DNA from: a virus
Taxonomy: Duplodnaviria > Caudoviricetes
DNA: 51,168 nucleotides
Reading direction: 5' to 3' (one strand)
IMG/VR virus record: IMGVR_UViG_3300006999_000001
Coordinates: 1 to 51,168 of that record
Shown: piece by piece, positions 45,022 through 51,168 of the stretch
How the letters are laid out: the number at the start of each line of letters is the position of its first letter
Numbering within the stretch: position 1 is the first letter of the stretch
Translations under genes and position numbers: made by a program
The notes under the pieces: generated by a model
Told to the model about the DNA's origin: nothing
What the model saw: only the letters and a program-made list of their open reading frames with translations
Database searches by the model: none

Positions 45022-45143
45022 GGGCCGATAGCTTAGTGGTGAAGCCGACGGCGGGTGTTGAGCCGACAGGACAGTCGGGGTATCCCGCTCGCGGTATCGC
45101 AAGCACTACCGCGGGAACGCCGGTTCGAATCCGGCTCGGCCCA
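45022..45143 (+). ncRNA. 122-nt tRNA-like RNA with a non-canonical central region
   Basis: Acceptor GGGCCGA/TCGGCCC+A, D arm GCTT-AGTGGTG-AAGC, T arm GCCGG-TTCGAAT-CCGGC; about 73 central nt form two hairpins and no canonical anticodon loop. Confidence 0.75.
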
Positions 45144-45337
45144 CTCCTCATTCTCTCACCAGTGACTGTCCGGACAGGGGCAACCTTCTTAGTGTGAGGA
45201 CACAGACCTGTAAGGTGTGCGTCCTAACCCGTCAGGGAGAACAACTTACGCTCGGCGGGAGGTCTCACCCAAACCACACGACGGCGTCGGGGTGGGTGGG
45301 ACTTCACGGGCGTACGCGCACGCAAGCCGACCGACAT

Positions 45338-45670
45338 ATGCCCGATACTGACACCATCCCCGGCCTCGCCGGGAACGTACGCGCAGCGGAGGACCGAATC
45401 CGAGACCGCTTCAAGGCTACCAGCGTCGACGTCGATACTGACGCCGACGGGGTGACCGCCCGGCTCCAGTTCCGGGGCTTCACCGACCTGGACGACGCGC
45501 TCACCCGAGTCGATGAGGTGGCCCGGGAGCTCAACGAGCTGGAGGAGACCACCGAGGTCCACGCCGGGATCAACACCAGCGGGGGGTACGACCCTCACAC
45601 CGAGGAGACCGACGACCGCCCGATGGGGTGGGTGAACGCCACGCTCGAGACCGAGGGGGCTGACCCGTGA
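45338..45670 (+). CDS. Hypothetical protein
   Basis: ATG at 45338; acidic. Confidence 0.7.
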   Translation: MPDTDTIPGLAGNVRAAEDRIRDRFKATSVDVDTDADGVTARLQFRGFTDLDDALTRVDEVARELNELEETTEVHAGINTSGGYDPHTEETDDRPMGWVNATLETEGADP

Positions 45671-45969
45671 GCTCCGAGCCCGCGGACGTCGACGTCAGCG
45701 ATGAACGCCGGCCCCGGGTGTTCCGGTGTATCGAGTGCAAGGCCGCCATCGATGAGCTGGTGATCGCCTCGGGCTGCCCTGACTGCGGGGCCCCCATCGG
45801 CGACGACCGCTACCTCATCGATAAGGTGAGCCAGGACCTCCTCGAGGAGCTGCGGGAGGGCCGGGAGGGCTGCCTCAACTGCGAGGCCCCGACCGATCAG
45901 GTGTTCTGCACGACCGGGTGCAGCGCCGAGTGGTTCCGAGCGTACACGGATATGGAGCTGATACGATGA
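45667..45969 (+). CDS. Double zinc-finger protein
   Basis: CIEC, CPDC, CLNC and FCTTGC. Confidence 0.7.
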   Translation: MSSEPADVDVSDERRPRVFRCIECKAAIDELVIASGCPDCGAPIGDDRYLIDKVSQDLLEELREGREGCLNCEAPTDQVFCTTGCSAEWFRAYTDMELIR

Positions 45970-46436
45970 GGGAAGAACTACGCGAGCGCCGGGAGCGGAC
46001 CTGGGAGCTCCTGGTCGTTATGGGAGTGTCGTACAGTAACACGGTCACCCGTATCGCCGAGCAGTTCGACTGCGCGGAGTCGACGGTAAAGACCGACATC
46101 TCCAGGATGGAGAGTTGGGTCGGGGACCTGGACGTCAGCTACTACTCCGGGGTGAGCCGTCTCCGGGAGCTGCGGCAGGCCCGCCAGCGTCTCCGTCAGT
46201 ACGAGATGCAGGCCCAACAGGATGAGGACCCGGACCTCGCCTCACGGATCAACGACAAGATCGCCAAGAACCTGAAGGCCGACCTCCGGATCAGTCAGAA
46301 GCTCGGCCTCACCAACGAGACGCCGACGCAGGTGGAGGTCAGCGGTCTCGACCCCGAGGACGAAGAGCTCCTGGACGAGTGGTGTGGCCTCGAGGCTGAC
46401 GACGCGGCCGTCCAGGACCTGGAGGAGATGAGATGA
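45966..46436 (+). CDS. Candidate terminase small subunit (HTH plus helical hairpin)
   Basis: RIAEQFDCAESTVKTDI HTH, coiled helices, KLGL...TQVEVSG tail. Confidence 0.55.
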   Translation: MREELRERRERTWELLVVMGVSYSNTVTRIAEQFDCAESTVKTDISRMESWVGDLDVSYYSGVSRLRELRQARQRLRQYEMQAQQDEDPDLASRINDKIAKNLKADLRISQKLGLTNETPTQVEVSGLDPEDEELLDEWCGLEADDAAVQDLEEMR

Positions 46437-46678
46437 GCGAGCACGACCCCTTCGAGGCTGACCGGGGGCCGACCCTCCGGGGGCAGCTCAAGAAGAGCAT
46501 CCGGGCCCTCAACAAAGAGGAGACCCGGAAGGGGGCCGACGTCGATCAGGTGGTCGCGGACGCCGTCGGGGCGACCGAGTACACCGAGGCCGACGCCCGG
46601 GAGACGCTCAAGCAGATGCTCCTGGAGGTAGAGGTGTACCCGCCGACCGAGGGGCGGGTGAAGGTGACCCCGAGATGA
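46433..46678 (+). CDS. Small winged-helix protein (MCM C-terminal-like)
   Basis: GADVDQVV...TLKQML..EVYPPTEGRVK. Confidence 0.55.
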   Translation: MSEHDPFEADRGPTLRGQLKKSIRALNKEETRKGADVDQVVADAVGATEYTEADARETLKQMLLEVEVYPPTEGRVKVTPR

Positions 46679-47058
46679 GCGACCCCCCGGAGACGTACCC
46701 GGCGGACGTCAGGGAAGCGTTCGAGTACTGCCACGACTGCGACTCGCTGGTGGTGAGCGTCGATCAGCACACCTGCTCACCCGACGGGCGGGGCGGGGGC
46801 CGGCCGTCCGCAGCGAAGCGGGCGGAGCTCGCGGCCGCCGACCAACGCCCGCTCGAGGAGGACGTCCTGATCCCCGAGGGCCGCAGTCAGCACAACGCCT
46901 GGGCCTACCACGAGCTCGGTGAGGACGGGGAGCCCCTTCACGAGCTCAACCATCAGGCCGGGGCGGAGACCGGCCCGCGGGAGGACGCGATCAACTCCGG
47001 CTGCTACCCGTGTGGGAAGTGCCGGCTCATCCAGGAGCGGAGGTCCGACGATGAGTGA
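46675..47058 (+). CDS. Zn-finger protein
   Basis: CHDC...HTC; PCGKC. Confidence 0.65.
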   Translation: MSDPPETYPADVREAFEYCHDCDSLVVSVDQHTCSPDGRGGGRPSAAKRAELAAADQRPLEEDVLIPEGRSQHNAWAYHELGEDGEPLHELNHQAGAETGPREDAINSGCYPCGKCRLIQERRSDDE

Positions 47059-47620
47059 GACCGACCCCGAGGTGTTCGACCCGGCCGCGCTCCCGCCGGC
47101 ATCCTACCGGGTGCTCCGGTCGGTGGAGAAGCGCCTCACCGACGAGGAGGTGACCGACCTCAAGAGCCGGCTCGCAGCGGCCCTCGATCACTTCCCGGCC
47201 CTCGCGGGTCAGACCGTGACCGTCGCCTGCCGTCACAACCCGGACCGGGAGAAGCACTCCCGGTGGAACCCGTACGCCTCGGCCGACCCCGTCAACCGGC
47301 TGATCCGGGTCCCGACTCACGAGCGGACGACGAACGTGACCCTCTTTCACGAGCTCGCTCACCTGGCCATCGAGATCGAGGGCGAACGCGGGCAGGACGT
47401 CCCGACCTCGAGTGAGGAGTTCTGCTCCCTGTACGCCATCGCCCGGCAGCCCCCGGCCCTGATCGATGAGGCCCGGATACCGTACCTGGGCCATCCCGAT
47501 CAGCCGAAAGAGGAGTGGCCCCGGCTCGCCCGGAAGGCCCTCGAGTACCGAGAGAACCACCACGCCTACATCCAGAAGGCCCGGCAGTGGCTCGGGACCA
47601 CGGGTGAGGACGATGGGTGA
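47051..47620 (+). CDS. Zincin-like metallopeptidase
   Basis: TLFHELAHL...SEEFC. Confidence 0.75.
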   Translation: MSETDPEVFDPAALPPASYRVLRSVEKRLTDEEVTDLKSRLAAALDHFPALAGQTVTVACRHNPDREKHSRWNPYASADPVNRLIRVPTHERTTNVTLFHELAHLAIEIEGERGQDVPTSSEEFCSLYAIARQPPALIDEARIPYLGHPDQPKEEWPRLARKALEYRENHHAYIQKARQWLGTTGEDDG

Positions 47621-47765
47621 CGCCGAGCTGCGGAAGCGGGCCGCCGACGAGGCCGGCCGGTGTTAAGAGGTCGGCCGCGATCACGTCCCCGGCGACTTCC
47701 GGGTCAGGTCCATCCGCGGGAACGCCCGGTGTACCTGGTGTGGTGAGGTGTTCCTCGATGAGTGA
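47613..47765 (+). pseudogene. Zn-finger microprotein interrupted by an in-frame TAA
   Basis: MGDAELRKRAADEAGRC*EVGRDH...CTWCGEVFLDE; coupled to neighbours at both ends. Confidence 0.6.
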
Positions 47766-47901
47766 TCCGCTCGAGGAGCACGGCCCGGGCTGGACCGCCC
47801 GGCCGGCTCACCCGACGAACGAGTACTACGGCCGGCTGGTCAGGGAGACGCTTCGACGCCAGGCCCCGCTCATCCTCCCGCGAGGTGAGGACGATGGGTG
47901 A
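47758..47901 (+). CDS. 47-aa hypothetical protein
   Basis: Coupled at both ends. Confidence 0.5.
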   Translation: MSDPLEEHGPGWTARPAHPTNEYYGRLVRETLRRQAPLILPRGEDDG

Positions 47902-48433
47902 CCGCAGCGAGCGGACCTTCGTCCGGATGTTCGGGGACACCGAGCACTGGTGGGCTCAACGAGCCGCGGCCTCCGGGGCCGCGACTGACGCCGACCTCCC
48001 GGACGTCACCTTCGCGCACGACGGGGTCGGCTTCGCGGGTGAGGAGAAAACCACCTCGGAGCCGTACATCTACCTCGAGCCTGACGAGGTGAAGCATCTC
48101 CAGGCCTACGCCGCGGCCTACGGGATGCGGGCGGTGGCCATCGGCCGGTTCAAGCGGGGGAGTGACGGGCTCCCGACCGGGGCCTCCTCTCGCGCCTTCT
48201 ACCTGTGGAACCCGAACGATATGGAGAGGACTGACGCCGGGACCTACCGGGGCTCGCCGACCGACGGAAAGTGGGCAGCGAAGATCGCCGAACCCGACGG
48301 GACCGCCGACGGTATCTACCCGGCCGACCTCTCGAGCTTCCACCTCACCCACGGCCTCGCCGGCAAGCTCGGGAAGGGCATCGTGAGTCCACCAGAAAAC
48401 TCATCCCTACCAACAGGTGAGGACGATGAGTGA
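47894..48433 (+). CDS. hjc: Archaeal Holliday junction resolvase (Hjc-like PD-(D/E)XK nuclease)
   Basis: GDRSER...RAAASGAAT..DLPDV...EEKTTS...IYL...EV..L. Confidence 0.85.
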   Translation: MGDRSERTFVRMFGDTEHWWAQRAAASGAATDADLPDVTFAHDGVGFAGEEKTTSEPYIYLEPDEVKHLQAYAAAYGMRAVAIGRFKRGSDGLPTGASSRAFYLWNPNDMERTDAGTYRGSPTDGKWAAKIAEPDGTADGIYPADLSSFHLTHGLAGKLGKGIVSPPENSSLPTGEDDE

Positions 48434-48674
48434 CGGGGACGACGGGGTGAGCTACGAGACCCGAGAGGTCGACGCCGAGGTGAAGCCGCAGCTGACGATG
48501 TACGATGAGCAGGTGATCGACCACCTCGAGGGTCAGGCCGAGATGGCCGGCCGGCCGCGGACCATCGAGTACGCCTGCGGTCACGCCCTGGTACAGTCCG
48601 ACCGGAAGGTGACGCCGGCGACCTGCCCGGAGTGCGGAGCCCGGCTCACGTCAGGGGGTGAGGACGATGGATGA
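48426..48674 (+). CDS. CPxCG zinc-finger protein
   Basis: ACGH...CPECG. Confidence 0.65.
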   Translation: MSDGDDGVSYETREVDAEVKPQLTMYDEQVIDHLEGQAEMAGRPRTIEYACGHALVQSDRKVTPATCPECGARLTSGGEDDG

Positions 48675-49065
48675 GGGAGCTCCCGAAGAGCCCTGGCCGT
48701 CGACGCCGGAGAACGCCCGCCGGGAGTTCGGGCCCGGCGACCTCGTCGCGGTCGACTTCGACGGGACGCTCACGAAGGGCGAGGCGAAGTACTGGGCCGG
48801 CGATGTTGAGCAGCCCCGCGAGGAGCTCGTTGAGTGGGTGAAGGAGCAGTACTACTCGGGGGCTCACGTCGTGGTCTGGACCGCCCGGCCCTGGTCGCAG
48901 GCCAACGTGATCGCGGCCCGCCTCACCGAGTGGGGCGTTCCCTACCACGGCATCCGGTGTGAGAAGGGCGGCTCCGACGGGTACGTGGACGACAAGGCGG
49001 CCCGGCCGAGCGAGGTCACGGGGTACGCCTACGAGGACGACGAGGTGACCGATGCCGACGACTGA
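48667..49065 (+). CDS. HAD-superfamily phosphatase
   Basis: VDFDGTL, VWTAR and YVDDKA. Confidence 0.85.
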   Translation: MDEGAPEEPWPSTPENARREFGPGDLVAVDFDGTLTKGEAKYWAGDVEQPREELVEWVKEQYYSGAHVVVWTARPWSQANVIAARLTEWGVPYHGIRCEKGGSDGYVDDKAARPSEVTGYAYEDDEVTDADD

Positions 49066-49150
49066 CCTGGACGCGATCACCGCGCTCCAGATTCTGCTAC
49101 TGCTGACCATCGGGAGCGGGGCGGCCGTCCTGCTCCTGGAGGTGTTCTAA
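49052..49150 (+). CDS. 32-aa membrane peptide (not in ORF track)
   Basis: GAGGTGA SD; AITALQILLLLTIGSGAAVLLLEVF. Confidence 0.5.
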   Translation: MPTTDLDAITALQILLLLTIGSGAAVLLLEVF

Positions 49151-49153
49151 GAG

Positions 49154-49624
49154 ATGGATAAACACGAAGCCCAACGGAAGAAGCGAGAAGGTGACCAGAT
49201 ACTCGAGGCCCTCGGTGACGTCCCCGTCGCCTACGGCTTCACCTGCGAGCTGCCCGCGGCTCACGATGAGCCGCTTCACGAGCTGGACCGGTTGTGGTAC
49301 GATCACTTCGACGCCGGCGACCGGAACTGGATGTTCATCCTCAACGGCGACGACGACGTCAGGGAGATCGAGTCCCTCGGGCTGCTCCTCGAGGCGGGGG
49401 CCGGCTTCGTTATCTGCGACAACACCCTGCTCGCCAAGGTCACGCCGCTCGGAGTGACCTGGTTCTTCGACCCGGACACCGGCGACTCCCTCACCGCGGA
49501 CGTCGACGGCGATCAGGAGGTGAGGTACTGGGACGACCAGGTGATCGAGGTGCTGCACACCCGGCTGACAGAAAAAGGGAAAGACCTGCCACCCTTACAA
49601 GAGATTGTCAGCAACGACAACTGA
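49154..49624 (+). CDS. Hypothetical protein
   Basis: 156-aa acidic ORF. Confidence 0.7.
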   Translation: MDKHEAQRKKREGDQILEALGDVPVAYGFTCELPAAHDEPLHELDRLWYDHFDAGDRNWMFILNGDDDVREIESLGLLLEAGAGFVICDNTLLAKVTPLGVTWFFDPDTGDSLTADVDGDQEVRYWDDQVIEVLHTRLTEKGKDLPPLQEIVSNDN

Positions 49625-49634
49625 CCAATCAGGT

Positions 49635-50012
49635 ATGGCAGGAGACGACTACCGCAGCAAGGCCATCCGCCTCTTCGGTGAGCGATGCCTCCACTGCGGG
49701 TCAGGTGAGGAGGTGAAGGTTCACCATATGGACGGCGATCACGCTCACTCCCGGCGGGACAACCTCGTCCCGCTTTGCCAGGAGTGTCACGTACAGCTGC
49801 ACCGCGGGGCTCCCCCGTACACGGTCTGGTTCTCTCTCGGTCAGCCGGTGATCCAGGCCCTCGATGAGCTCCGGGAGGCCCGCGGGCTCCGGTCGCGCAG
49901 CGAGGTGATCGCCCGGCTCATCCAGGAGGGTGAGGACGGTGACCTGGACCGAGACACCTGGTCGCTCCTGTCGACGTACACCGACTCGATGTACCGTAAC
50001 GATGAGATATGA
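49635..50012 (+). CDS. HNH endonuclease upstream of the terminase gene
   Basis: CLHCG...VHHMDGD...NLVPLCQECH..LH. Confidence 0.85.
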   Translation: MAGDDYRSKAIRLFGERCLHCGSGEEVKVHHMDGDHAHSRRDNLVPLCQECHVQLHRGAPPYTVWFSLGQPVIQALDELREARGLRSRSEVIARLIQEGEDGDLDRDTWSLLSTYTDSMYRNDEI

Positions 50013-50160
50013 CCTGCTTCCCGCCGGAGGTGTACCGACGCCCGCACGACCCCCGGGGTTCGCGGCCGATGGATGCCTATCCAGGCCCGTCGACAGCGGG
50101 GTATCGCGGGCCCGACCGGATGGCCGTCCCGCGGTTTCAGTCCTGGAGGTGGCTTGATTC

Positions 50161-51168
50161 GTGAGCTCCGCCGACGTCCCGGGTAAGACGCGCCGGCTCG
50201 TTGAGCTCGCCGAGGAGAACCCGCTCCGCCACCCGGCCCTCTCATCGCTCGCGCTTCACGACTACGAGTACCGGGCCCCGCCCTTCCTCCGGGAGATAAT
50301 GGGCTCGGTGTACAAGGCGCTCGAGCATCCCGATGAGTACCCGCGCCGGCTGGCCCGGCTGTACCCTCGTGAGCACGGGAAGTCCGAGACCGGCTCGCAC
50401 GTTATCCCGGCCTGGGCCGCGCTCCGTGATCCGAACATCCGGGTGCTGATCCTGATGGAGTCGGAGACGAAGGCCAAGGAGAAGCTCCGGCAGTGCGCTA
50501 AGACGATCAGGCAACACGGGGGGAAGTTCGGCCGGCAGATCGATGAGGACAACGCGACGAACCTCACCCTCGAGCGGACGGCGAATCACGCCGAGCCGAC
50601 CATCGCGGCCCGCGGGATGGACTCCAAAATCACGGGGGGCCACTACGACGTCCTGATTTTTGACGACATCGTGAGCTGGCCGACGCAGCGGACCGAGACG
50701 CAGCGGGAAAAGCGGTGGTCGCAGTTCCAGGACTACCAACAGAACCTGGGGTCAGCCGGCGAGTCCGTGTACCTCGTCCTCGGGACCCGGAAGCACAACG
50801 AGGACCTGTACAGTCAGTTGATGGACACCGCCCTGTGGGACGTTGAGGTCCGCAAGGCGATCAGCGACTACTCGATTATCGAGAACGGGGAGTTCACGGT
50901 CACGACTGACGCCGGGAACACCTACCGGGGCGACAACATCTCCGCCATCGACACCCGGAACGAAACCATCCTGGATATCGACCCCGACCGTGAGGTGGAG
51001 ACGCTTTGGCCCGAGCGGTGGCCCCTGGACGCCCTGATCGAGAAGCTCCTCTCCGAGCTCCAAAGTGAGGACGGGTCGTCCCTCGTGTTTAAGCGTGAGA
51101 ACCAGAACGACCCGCGGGCGATGGAAGGGCAGATTCTCTCCCAGGATATGCTCAACTACGCCTCCCCG
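50161..51168 (+). CDS. terL: Terminase large subunit, N-terminal ATPase part (runs off the end into position 100; about 538 aa in total)
   Basis: PREHGKS Walker A, ITGGHYDVLIFDD Walker B, LGTR motif C, LWPERW; missing from the ORF track because no stop occurs before the window end. Confidence 0.92.
   Translation, partial: MSSADVPGKTRRLVELAEENPLRHPALSSLALHDYEYRAPPFLREIMGSVYKALEHPDEYPRRLARLYPREHGKSETGSHVIPAWAALRDPNIRVLILMESETKAKEKLRQCAKTIRQHGGKFGRQIDEDNATNLTLERTANHAEPTIAARGMDSKITGGHYDVLIFDDIVSWPTQRTETQREKRWSQFQDYQQNLGSAGESVYLVLGTRKHNEDLYSQLMDTALWDVEVRKAISDYSIIENGEFTVTTDAGNTYRGDNISAIDTRNETILDIDPDREVETLWPERWPLDALIEKLLSELQSEDGSSLVFKRENQNDPRAMEGQILSQDMLNYASP
51070..51168. repeat. Terminal direct repeat, right copy (99 bp)
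   Basis: Identical to 1-99. Confidence 0.95.

Noticed and set aside
45022-45143. Ordinary intron-containing tRNA-Gln(TTG)
   Set aside because: There are five extra nt between the D arm and the putative anticodon stem, G at position 33, no 3-4-3 bulge-helix-bulge and an oversized variable arm. It is kept as a tRNA-like ncRNA instead.
50009-50160. Possible small ORF between the HNH gene and terL
   Set aside because: No frame has halophilic composition or a clear start signal, so it is left unannotated.
51070-51168. 99-bp terminal repeat as a biological terminal repeat
   Set aside because: It falls mid-terminase and its length fits an assembler k-mer overlap. It indicates circularity, not the real genome ends.
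1-51168. Apparent scarcity of CTAG
   Set aside because: I cannot count it reliably by eye, and CTAG avoidance is already well known in haloarchaea and their viruses.

Overview
This window looks like a complete circular (or circularly permuted) genome of a tailed haloarchaeal virus. Positions 1-99 are repeated exactly at 51070-51168, giving a unit length of about 51,069 bp. It is GC-rich with very acidic proteins, and no tail sheath gene is apparent, so it is probably a siphovirus. The terminase large subunit spans the join. It is followed by a portal-MuF fusion, two modular cargo-like proteins, prohead protease/scaffold, major capsid protein, neck genes, tail tube, a -1 frameshifted tail chaperone, a short tape measure, and tail tip/fibre genes. 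The other half holds many small genes: Zn-finger microproteins, three HNH proteins, Hjc, PadR, AbrB-like, ASCH, HAD and a truncated HerA-like ATPase. I recognise no DNA polymerase, helicase, primase or integrase. The most unusual signals are: (1) two gap-free, ~77% identical 260-nt non-coding elements almost half a genome apart, each behind the viral repeat promoter; (2) 13 copies of a shared promoter/leader that divide accessory genes into cassettes; (3) a tRNA-like RNA cluster at 44.95-45.34 kb; (4) recurrent Lys-Ala putative protease sites and a duplicated targeting-like motif in the head cargo proteins; (5) an inverted-repeat putative origin; (6) a separate GGGTATGGGTACAAA motif before structural genes. 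All product calls come from motif recognition and gene order by eye; no database search was run.
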